DNA from: Paraspadella gotoi
Lineage: Eukaryota; Animalia; Chaetognatha
Reading direction: 5' to 3'
DNA: 16,312 nucleotides
Assembly: GCA_051294375.1 (NCBI GenBank)
Contig: JBJCIZ010000795.1
Coordinates: forward strand, 1 to 16,312
Shown: piece after piece, positions 1 through 10,058 of the stretch
Layout: each line of letters opens with the position of its first letter
How positions within the stretch are numbered: position 1 is the stretch's first letter
Translations under genes and position numbers: made by a program
The notes under the pieces: generated by a model
The model's database searches: none
Seen by the model: only the letters and a program-made list of their open reading frames with translations
Told to the model about the DNA's origin: nothing

Positions 1-436
1 TTCATATTCCATGAGACTCCGACCGTACGACGTCGACTCGCGATGAAATGCCGTAAATACTGCGGCGAAACTCCGTATAAACACCGGCGAAATTGCGAAC
101 GAACGCCGAGAGAAATGCCTCCGCAACAGGGGCACGCCCACCCTAATTCGCCCCATTTAGGCTTTGAAAAAGGAAAAAAAAATTCCGGCCTTCGACAACG
201 ACGACCGACGCACGACGACCATCGATGGCTATCAAAAACATCCATTACCTCCCACTTACATTATCATAATCCGTCTTGGTCGCCTAAGCAAAGAGGAAGG
301 GAGTGGGGTGAACGAGGGGCTAATTGCCGACTATAGAGTGATGAGAAAGAGATATCTGTGTTTTGTGACGTCTTATTCTCCCCGTTTCGCGTTTGACGTC
401 ATTGTTGTCGTTTTTCATTGTGCTGTCCTGTCCGGT

Positions 437-472
437 CCATTGCCATTGCCATTGTCATTGCCATTGACATTG
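437..472 (+). repeat. Hexanucleotide microsatellite (CCATTG)6
   Basis: Reads ccattg ccattg ccattg tcattg ccattg acattg; two copies differ at the first base. Confidence 0.9.
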
Positions 473-630
473 GCCATCCTTATATTCGTTTTTTTTTTAT
501 AAATTATTTTTCTAGCAAGCATATACATTATACAACATGAGCGTTTACCTACACGAAGTTTACTTCAATAGAATATACAAAGCTTGTAGGGTCGTCGTCG
601 TCGTTTAGGTCTTTCGTCCTCGCTGTAGTT

Positions 631-690
<60 letters not shown>
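631..690 (+). repeat. Perfect trinucleotide microsatellite (GTC)20
   Basis: 20 uninterrupted GTC units; a shorter (GTC)4 lies at 591-602. Confidence 0.98.
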
Positions 691-692
<2 letters not shown>

Positions 693-821
693 AGCGTACA
701 TTGTTTACGTCAACAATGGCGTCCTTGATTTACGGGCGGACGGACGAAGCCTGACGCGCTTAATCCCACCTCGGGATAAATCGATGGTGATTTGTGCTCT
801 GGGTGATGGAGGCGCTGGAGC

Positions 822-874
822 GGGTGTCGGTGGGTGGGGGTGGGGAGAGGAGAAAGTGGGAATAGGTGGGAGGG
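822..874 (+). other. G-rich patch matching the G3+N1-7 G-quadruplex pattern
   Basis: G-runs at 822-824, 832-834, 836-840 and 842-845 (loops 7, 1, 1 nt), with further GGG at 858, 868 and 872. Pattern match only. Confidence 0.5.
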
Positions 875-1239
875 TGGTGATAGAAAGGGATTGAGAGGTG
901 GCGGAATTGGTCAATGCGATGCGGGAGAAATGAATAACTTTAGCAAGCATTATGTCCATATAGCATACATTATACTGTAAATTTTTTTTTAAGATCTACA
1001 AATATTTATATTTTCATTTTTGAGTACACCGGCAGAATATCTATATTTCTAAGATGCAAGTTCTGAATAACTAATCTTTACAATACAAGAGAAGAGAGCG
1101 CATTGGTATCGCTCTTATGTATGAAGAAGAAAGATAAAAAAGAATTTCTCAAACACTGAGGAAAACGAGATATTTTCTCACAAGAGAAAAGGAAATAAAA
1201 ACGTGTTAAAACTTCTGTATACAGAAAATAACATGCATC

Positions 1240-1556
1240 AGGATGTTAAAAATTGGGTCGAGAGACGATATAAATATTCTTTTATCAAAACAAACAATAA
1301 TTTCCGTGTCTTTATATTTTTTTTCTGACGAGTAAAATAGCTCGGATAAGAGAACAGTGTTAAATTTACTACCGCGCAGACGATATTTCCAAGAAATGCA
1401 GCATACAAGCTTTTAAAAAACAGAAGAAAAACGCTTTTTCCAATGTAAAAGGCAGATAAAAAATTTTCTAAAACACCGGAAAACGATATTTTCAATAGAA
1501 AAAGCAAAGAAAATAAAAACTCGTCTACAACTACTTCTGCAAAAATAACATCATCT
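1240..1556 (+). repeat. Internally deleted satellite monomer (short variant, copy 1)
   Basis: Jumps from the TTTCC(TCTC)TTTTATTT head to the ...GTAAAA...ACCG(G)CAGACGATATTTCC part. It lacks the TATGTAGC, CACCAGAAAACG and GGCAAACG blocks. Confidence 0.8.
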
Positions 1557-4500
1557 GAGGATTGCGTTACTCTGGAGTGAGAGACAAGTCTCTCTAAGGT
1601 ATCTTTTTTATCAAAATACTATAAACGAAATTTCCTCTCTTTTATTTTTTTGTCTCCTGTCATCTCTCTCGTTCTTCTTTGTAGATCTTTATGTAGCTTT
1701 CTTCTTACTCTCAATAACGATAAGAACGTTAAAAATACACCATGAAAAACGACTTTTTCTCGGTAAAAAAATGTTCAAAACTTTAAAATAACCACAAAAC
1801 GATTTTTTCCTTATGTTTTAGGAAAGAAATAAAAACTTTAAAAAAACGGGGAGAAAAACGATTTTTCCAATTGTTAAAAAGAGTTTAAAAACACCGATAA
1901 ACGAACCTTTCTCTAAAGTAAAAGTGTGTATATAAAAACGTTTAACTCACACCCGCAGACGATATTTCCAAAGATGATAACAATTTTAAAACATCTGAAA
2001 GAAAAACTGCTTTTCGTATTAAAAATATATATGAGATAAAAAATTATTCAAAACACATATCCTGAAAACGACTCAATTTTCAAAGAAAAAAAAATACAGA
2101 ACGTTAAATACTCTGCACATATAAACATGAGTGCGAGGGTGTTAAAAATTGGGTGAGGACAGTTATTTAAATACTTTATCAAAAAAAATAAAACAAATTT
2201 CCTCTCTTTTCTGTTTTTTATGTCTCCTTCTCTCTCTGAGTGTGCTCGTTAATTTATATGTAGCTTTCTCTCACTCTCAATTGATAAAAACGTTAAATTA
2301 CCACCAGGACAAATCGACTTTCTCTGTAAAAAAAGATATGAAAACTTTAAAATATAACAGAAACACGATTTTTCTCCCAATCGTAAAAGAAATAACACTA
2401 ACTTTAGAAAAAAACGGCAGTAAACGTTTTTTCCAATGTAAAAAAGATTAAAAGACACCGATTAGAACGGACTTTTCTACAGTAAAAAGTAAATAAAAAA
2501 CTGTTAATATACACCGGCAGACGATATTTCCCAAAGATTCGAATTAGGATAACAACATAAGAACAACGCTGTTTATCCAATGTAAAAGCAGAATAAGAGA
2601 GAATTTCTAAAAACACCGGGAAATACGAATATTTTAAAGTAAAAGAAATAAAAATGTTAAAATAACTCTGTACTACATAACATCATCTCGGAGGTTGTTA
2701 AAAAATTGGTGGTAGAGTGACTGCGGTAGGACATTTATATAAATATCTTTTTATCAAAACATACATTACAAATTTCCTCTCTTTTATTTATTTATTGATC
2801 CTTCTCTCTCTCTTTTCTCTTTAGTATTTTATGTAGTCTTGTCTCTCTAACTACTTAAGAAGATAGACAAACGTTAAAGATAACACCAGAAAACGACTTT
2901 TTCTCTGTAACAAAGATATGCAAACTATTAAAAATAAAATAACAGAGAAGCGATATTTTCGAATGTAAAAGAATTAAAACTTAAAAAAGAAAATACATAT
3001 GAGGCAAACGTTTTTTACCAAATGTAAAAAGAGAACTGTAGAAAACACCGATTAAACAGACTTTTCTACGAAGTAAAAAAGTGAATAACAGCGATATAAA
3101 AGTACACACAGACTTTGACCTCAGTTTCAAAGAACGAAAGATAACAAAACTTTATAATAACTATAAGACAACAACACACTATTTTCCAAGTGTAAAAATA
3201 GAGATAAAAAATTTCTAAAACACCGGAAAACATATGTATCAAAGAAAAAAGAACTTAACAACGTTCTTAAAATACTGTGCGTGCTAGGAGAGTGAGCGAG
3301 TCATCAGAGGAGTATATGTTAAAATCTCAGAGAGGGTGAGGACAGTTATTTAAATATTTTATTTATCAAAACAAACAAATTTCCTCTCTTTTATTTTATG
3401 TGCTCCTTTCTGCGTCTCTGTGTTTCTTCTAACTATATATGAGATGCTTCTCCTCTCATTCTCCAATAGTATAAAACTCGTATAATACATCCAGAAATCA
3501 CTCCATATTCTCTGGTGAAAAGATAATGAACTTCTAAATAATACAAGAAAACACATTTTTCCAAAATGTAAAAAGAAATAAAAACCTTATAAAAAAAAAC
3601 GCTCGCGCTCTATTTTTCTCTCGTAATAAAGAGTTAAACAAAACAACTCCGCTAATAAAACGAGCATTTGCGGTAAAGCAAGTAAAAAAGAGAAATTATA
3701 ATAAAATCACCGTTTATAATACAACGCAGACGCATATTTCAAAGTGAAAAGATAAACAACTCTTAAAGACAAAGCAGAAAACGCCTCTTTTTCCAGTTAG
3801 AAAAAGAAAGATACAAAATCTAAAACACACGGGAAAACGATACTTTGTAAAGAAAAAAGAAATAAACGTAAATACTTCTGCAAATAACATTCATCGAGGT
3901 TGTTAAAATTGGGTAGGACAGTTATTAAATATCTTTTTATCCAAAACAAACGAAATTTCCTCTCGTTTTATTTTTATGTTCTCTCTCTCTCTTTGTGCTC
4001 TTAATTTATGTAGCTTTGCTCTCACTGCTCAGGCAGTAGATAAAACGATTAAATACAACACTCTAAAAACGACTTGGTTTTCTCTGTAAAAAGATATGAT
4101 AAAACTATTTAAAAATAACAGAAAACGATATTTTTCCAATGTGTACAAAATGAGATTAAAAATCTTAAAAAAAAAATGTCGCAGAAACGTATTTATCCAC
4201 ATGCGAGTATAATATAGAAAAGAGTTAACAATAACACCGAAAGTTTAAACGGTCTTTTATTTAAATAAAAAGTTAATAAAAACGTTAAGAATACACCGGA
4301 CAGGACGATATTCCAAAGAAGAGTGGAGGTTAACAACTTGTTTACATAACAAAAGTAAGAGAAACGCCTTTTTCAATAAAAAACGATGTATAAAATTTCT
4401 TAACACCTAGAGGACAAAAACGATATTTCAAAGAAAAAAGAAAAAAAACTAAATACTTCTGCAAATAACATCATCGAGTTTGTTTAAAATTGTGAGTAAC

Positions 4501-6867
4501 TTAGAGAAGTAACGGGATATAGCATTTAGTTGCCACCGGAGGATTAACTTAAAAAAAAAGACGAATTGGTACGCGAGGACATTAGTTACTAGTCTCTCTT
4601 TATTACTATAGAGAAAAACAAATTTCCTCTCTTTATAATTTTTATGTCTCACATAATCTAACTCTATCTTTTACATCTTTTAATTTATATAGTAGCCCCA
4701 CTTTCTTCTCACTCTTCAATTAGATAAAAAATGTTCACAATACACCAAGAAGAGGACGACTTTTTTCTCTGTAAAAAGATATTGAAAACTTGTTCAGAAA
4801 ATAAAACAGACAACATTTCTATTTGTCCAATGATAAAAAGAATAACAACTTAAAAAAAAAAATGGCAAACGTTTTTTACCAATGTAAAAAGAGTTTAAAA
4901 AAAACAACCGCATAAACGACTTTTCTAAAGTATAACAAAGAGTAAATATAAAAAACGTTAAATACACACACGGAGCAGACGATAATATATCCAAAGAGGA
5001 TAACAACTAAAACGAAAGAGAAAAAACGACTTTTAATACCAATGAGTAAAAGAGATAAAAAATAAATTCTCTCAAAACACCGAGAAAACAGATATTTTAC
5101 AAAGAAAACGAAAATAAAAACGTTTAAAAGAGCTTTCTGGCAAATAAAGCATCATCTGAGGTTGAGAGTTACTTAGAGAAGGCGAGTAAGAGGAGCCAGT
5201 TAGTTTAAAATAATTTTTTTATCAACAAAACTAAATATTCCTCTCATTGTTATTTTATGTCTCCTTCCTCCTCTACGTGATTTTACTTTTTAACTTTATG
5301 TAGCATGGGGTCTCTCTTACTCTCAATACGATTAAAAACGTAATACACTTTAAAGCGACTTATTTCTCTGATATAAAAAGATATGGAAACGTTATAATAA
5401 TAACAGAATACGATTTTCTTCCCCAATGGGCTCAAAATAAATAAAAAACTTAAAAAAACAAAACCCGCAAAAACGTTTTTTCCAATGCTAAAAAAGAGCT
5501 TAACAACACCGATAAACGACCATATTCTAAAGTAAATACAGTAAATTAAAACGAACATTAAATACACCGGCAGACGATATTTCCAAAGAGAAGTATAAAC
5601 AACTTTAAACGAAACAGACAAACCGCTTTTCTGCGGCAGTGTAAAAAGCTGATACAAAATTTTCTCTAACCAGCACCGGAAACATATTTTAAAGAAAAAT
5701 AAGAAATACAAAAACGTTAAATATCATCTGCTAAATAACAAACGGCTCTAATCATAGAGTGTTAAAAATTAGGTAGAGGACAGTTATTAACTCTCTTTTA
5801 TCACGAGATACATACACAAATCTCTCTCTAACTTTTCATTTTATAATAGTGTCCTCGGTTTCTCTCTCTTCTATTTTCTTTCAATCTTTAATTTTCTGCG
5901 TTTGCTCTCTCCTCACTCTCAATAGATAAAAACGTTAAATACCACCAGAAACGGACTTTTTCTTCTGTAAAAGAGATACTGAACTTTAAAAAAATAACAA
6001 GCGGGAAAAAACGATTCTGTGGTCTCTCTCTCAAAAGAAATAAAAACTTAAAAAAAAAAAATGGCAAACGTTTTTTCCAATGCTGAAAAAGAAGATCACA
6101 AAAGAACACCTCGAAAACGACCTGTTCTAAGAGTAAAGAAGTAATAAAAAACGTTAAGGTAGCACCGGCGACGATATTTCCAAACAGATAACAACTTTAA
6201 AGAGCAAAGACAGAAAAACGCTTTTTGCGCGAGAGTGGCTAAAAAAGATGATAAAAAAATTTCTAAAAACCGGAAACGATATTTTTCAAAAGAAAAAAGA
6301 AATAAAACGTTAATACTTTGCAAATACACAATCCCGGGTTGTTATAAACTCTCGAGGACAGTTGATCTCTCTTCTTATCAAACAAACAAAATTTCCTCGT
6401 CTTCTCTATTCTGGTATGTATTCTCCGTGTCTCTCTCTCTTCTCTTTAGAATTTTATGTAGCTCTCTCACTCTCAATAGGAAAAACTGTTTAAATACACC
6501 AGAAAAAACGACTTTTTCTCTGGTAACAAACATACTGAAAAACTTTCAAAATAACAGAAAACGATTTTTTCCAATGTAAAAAGAATAAAAAACTTTAAAA
6601 AAAAAAGGCAAACGTTTTTTCCAATGTAAAAAGAGTTGAAGAAATACACAGATCAAACGACTTTCTAAAGTAAAGTAAAAAACCTTAAATACACCGGCTC
6701 CTCTCGAGAGTGAGATAACAACTTTAACAAACATAAGTGAAAAACCGCATTTTTCCCCATGTCAAAAAGAGAGATAAAAAATTTACTAAAACACTGAAAA
6801 CGATAGTTTCCAAAGAAAAAAGAAATAAGAACGTTAAATAGCTCCCTGCAAATAGACAATCAGTCAG

Positions 6868-7155
6868 GAGGTATGCTTTAAAATTGGGGAGACGAGCGTG
6901 AGGACAGTTAATTAAATATCTTTTATCAAAACAAACAAATTTCCTCTCTTTTATTTGTGTTTTTTCTAAAGTAAAAAAGTGATAAAACGTTAATACACCG
7001 GCAGACGATATTTCCAAAGCATAACAACTTTAAAAACAAAGAAAAACGCTGTTTCCATTTAAAAAAAGAGAATAAAAATTTCTAAAACACGCGAAAACGA
7101 TATGTTTCAAAGAAAAAAGAAAAAAAGTTAAATACTTCTGCAAAATAACATCATC
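6868..7155 (+). repeat. Internally deleted satellite monomer (short variant, copy 2)
   Basis: Junction ttcctctcttttatttgtgttttttctaaagtaaaaaag at ~6941-6979; about 225 bp of the consensus monomer is missing. Confidence 0.9.
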
Positions 7156-7667
7156 GAGGTTTGTTAAGAATTGTGGTGAGGACAGTTATTAAATATCTTT
7201 TTATCAAACAAAAACCAAATTTTCCTCTCTTTTGATTTTATGTCATCCTTCTCTTCTCCTTTTTCTCTTTTAACTGTATATGTAGCTTTCTCTCACTCTC
7301 ATAGATAAAAAAACGTTAAATACACCAGAAAACGACTTTTTCTCTGGTAAAAAAATATCCAAAACTTAAAAGATAACAAAACGATTTTTCCAATGTAAAA
7401 AGATTATAAAAACTTTAAAAAAAACGGGCAAAGATTTTTCCAATGTAAAAAAGAGTTAAAAAACCACCGATAAACGACTTTCTAAAGTAAAAGTGTAAAA
7501 ACGTTAAATACACCGCAGACGATATTTCCAAAGAGGATAACAACTTTAAAACAAAGAAAAACGCTTTGCCAAGTAAAAGAGATAAAGAAATTTCTAAAAA
7601 CGGAAAACGATATTTTAAAGAAAAACAAGAAATAAAACGTAAAATACTTCTGCAAATAGACATCATC
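7156..7667 (+). repeat. Cleanest full-length monomer (512 bp): ~140 bp head plus seven ~42-49 bp subrepeats and a partial eighth
   Basis: A subrepeat of approximate consensus AAAAACKTTAAAWACACCRGAAAACGAYTTTTCCAATGTAAAAAGARAT is iterated from ~7305 to 7667. Confidence 0.85.
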
Positions 7668-8179
7668 GAGGTGTGTTAAAATGGGTGAGGACAGTTATTA
7701 AATATCTTATAGTTATAAAACAAGACAAATTCCTTCTCTTTTATTTTTATGTCTCCTTCTCTTCTTTTTCTCTTTAATTTATGTAGCTTTTCTCTCACTC
7801 TCAATAGATAAAAAACGTTAAATACACCAGAAAGACGACTATTTCTCTATAGAAAGATATGAAAACTTTAAAAGAAAACAGAAAACGATTTTTCCAATGT
7901 TTAAAAAGAAATAAAACTAAAAAAAAAAAACGCGCAAACGTTTTTTCCAATGTAAAAAGAGTTAAAAAACACCGATAAACGACTTTTCTAAAGTAAAAAA
8001 TAATAAAAACGTCCACTAACCATACACCTGCAGATCTCGACTATTTCCAAAGAGATAAGCACCTTTAAAAACAAAGAAAAACGCTTTTTTAATGTAAAAA
8101 CCAGATAAAAAATTTCCAACCTCTTAAAACACCGGAAACGATCATTTTCAACAGAAAAAAGAACACTAAAAATCGTTAA

Positions 8180-8320
8180 TCTCTCTCTCTGATTATCTCT
8201 CTCTCTCCTCTCTCGTCTCTCTCTCTCTCTCTCTCACTCTCGTCTCTTCTCATCCTCCTCTCTCCTCCTCTCTCTTCTCTTCTCTCGCTTTATCTCTCTC
8301 TCCCTCCACTCTCTCTCTCT
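8180..8320 (+). repeat. Imperfect (CT)n microsatellite abutting the satellite end
   Basis: Interrupted CT run starting immediately after ...aatcgttaa of the last monomer. Confidence 0.92.
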
Positions 8321-9113
8321 TAGTTTTTCTCATATGAATATAGCCAGAATCAGCGTTCCTAATTCCTAAATTTGGATAAACGTAGTTTTCATACTTTTTC
8401 TCGATCAAGGCAAAACTCCACCTTAGTTTTAGTACCATAAGCCCCACAATTCGCCATAAAACGACACAACCTTTCCTCTTCTCTTCCCTCTACTTACTTT
8501 CCTCACCCTTGCTACCACTTCGTCATTCCATTGCCTTACCCTAACCCTCGCCGCCGCCTCACCCAACAAGTATTTTAATACTTAATCCGTTAAAGAATTT
8601 TCGCCGTTTCCCAGCGCCGAAGGTCCTCCTCTCCTCCTCTCCTCCTCCTGTGTTTGTTGTTCGCTCCGTAGGAAAGAACGATGACTATTTGGGAATATAT
8701 TCATGCCACTTTTGATGCTGCCGTCGCCGCGTCCGGGCCGCTGCCGCCGTTGACGGGTGTGCCGCCGCAGACCGACGATAACCGTCCGTACGTCGTCCCG
8801 TGTTTTCGTCGTCCTCGTTGTAGTTAAATGTTATTTTTTTTTTAAAAAAGTAAGGTCTTAGGAACTTAAGGGTTAAGGGTGGGTTTTTTAAAGGATTCTA
8901 ACAGCGAGATTCAACAATGGTAAAAATCTCCAGCCCAGCGTTCTGCGCGGGGAACCGGAATGTTTAAGGTCGGAACAAATAATTTAAAAAAATTATGCAA
9001 TTTTACTAGAGATTCCGCGATATGTGCAAAAATTATCTCAAGGTTTTTTTCTTCACGGACGACGGCTACCAATCGCATCGAGCTGCTGTTGGCCGTTGTT
9101 TGTTGGACTCGTT

Positions 9114-9206
9114 TCTCTCTCTCATCTCTCTTTCCTTCTCTTCTCATCTCTCTCATCTCTCCTCTCTCTCCTCTCGTCTGTCTCATTTCTCCATCTCTCT
9201 CTCTCT
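9114..9206 (+). repeat. Imperfect (CT)n microsatellite
   Basis: CT run with CAT, CCT and CGT interruptions. Confidence 0.9.
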
Positions 9207-9387
9207 GAGTCATATACTCAGCTCTCGCGGACGATCCAGCCCGTCCACCGGAGCAGCGGGCGCGCGGCTTGCCGATCCGACTCCCTTCTCTTCCCGGGCT
9301 TCTTCCGCTCGAGAATCGGGGAGATTTTCTCTCTCTCGATGGTGAGTCGGCTTCTTCCGGTATCGAAGTCCGAGCGATCGGGCCGGA

Positions 9388-9476
9388 TCTCTCTCGTCTC
9401 ACCAACTCGTCTCTCTCTCTCCCCTCTTCTCTCTCTCTCATCTCTCTCTCTCGTCTCTCTTACTCTCTCTTCTCTC
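9388..9476 (+). repeat. Imperfect (CT)n microsatellite
   Basis: Interrupted CT run. Confidence 0.9.
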
Positions 9477-10021
9477 ATTCTTGAGTCTTCTTAGCCAATG
9501 TCTCACTCTTCTATTTTCAATTGTTTTCAGCATATTTAATCAATATTGGTTAGATTTATATCTTTTTTTCATAATATTATTATTTTTTTAGCTCAAAATC
9601 TTAAAATTTAAAAAAGGAACAAATATAGCAAATTTTTTCACTCGTTATATTTAATTTTCCTGTTAAATATTCCTCCATAATTTTTCCCCCGTTTCTTATA
9701 CTTTCTTATTTATTTTTTTTGTTCATTGGGTTTATTTTATTGTTTTTAATTTTGTAATATTTTTTTTCATTCTTTGTTTCTTAGTCTTTACTTCCTTTTT
9801 CAAAAAAAGACTTCCCGGATCCCGCGCGCAACCCATATCGGATCCGCCGGAGGCAGAGAAAGCCTACGGCGGTGGAACGAGGGTAAAGAGAGAGAGAAAT
9901 AGAATTAGTTTCGCCGCTGCAGCTCCGATGGATCGACTTTGTGCAAGCCGCGCGGATCCGGGAGATAGGAGAAACGAAGAGGAAGAGGAGTAAGATGAGT
10001 CGGCGAAGTATTCCGAAGGCA

Positions 10022-10058
10022 GGGAGCAGCCGCTCTGGCCGCCAGCGCGGCTGCTCCC
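10022..10058. other. GC-rich near-perfect inverted repeat (hairpin)
   Basis: GGGAGCAGCCGC (10022-10033) is the exact reverse complement of GCGGCTGCTCCC (10047-10058). After one T/C mismatch, CTGG pairs with CCAG around a 3-nt CCG loop, giving 16 of 17 pairs. Confidence 0.9.

Larger units (their letters stand above)
1025..8179 (+). repeat. AT-rich tandem satellite array, ~500 bp monomer, 13 copies plus a degraded partial 5' copy
   Basis: The anchor GAGGTTGTTAAAATTGGGTGAGGACAGTTATTAAATATC recurs with variation at ~1240, 1557, 2135, 2691, 3307, 3896, 4476, 5158, 5757, 6336, 6868, 7156 and 7668. Collinear motifs follow in full-length copies: ACAAATTTCCTCTC, TATGTAGCTTTCTCTCACTCTCAATAG, TACACCAGAAAACGAC, CACCGATAAACGAC, CACCGGCAGACGATATTTCC, CACCGGAAAACGATA, TACTTCTGCAAATAACATCATC. 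Confidence 0.97.

Noticed and set aside
1238-8016. ORFs of 62-142 aa within the satellite
   Set aside because: F/L/K-rich translations of A/T runs; reading frames are not preserved between monomers.
1025-8179. CRISPR array (regular short repeats)
   Set aside because: The subunits are diverged and contiguous, and the intervening sequence itself repeats every ~500 bp rather than being unique spacers. There are no cas-like ORFs.
1240-8179. Rolling-circle concatemer of a single ~500 bp circle, or alternating SMRTbell subreads
   Set aside because: All copies are in the same orientation with no adapters between them. The recurring deleted monomer and shared variants show the templates were not all identical. 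A ~5 kb circle remains possible.
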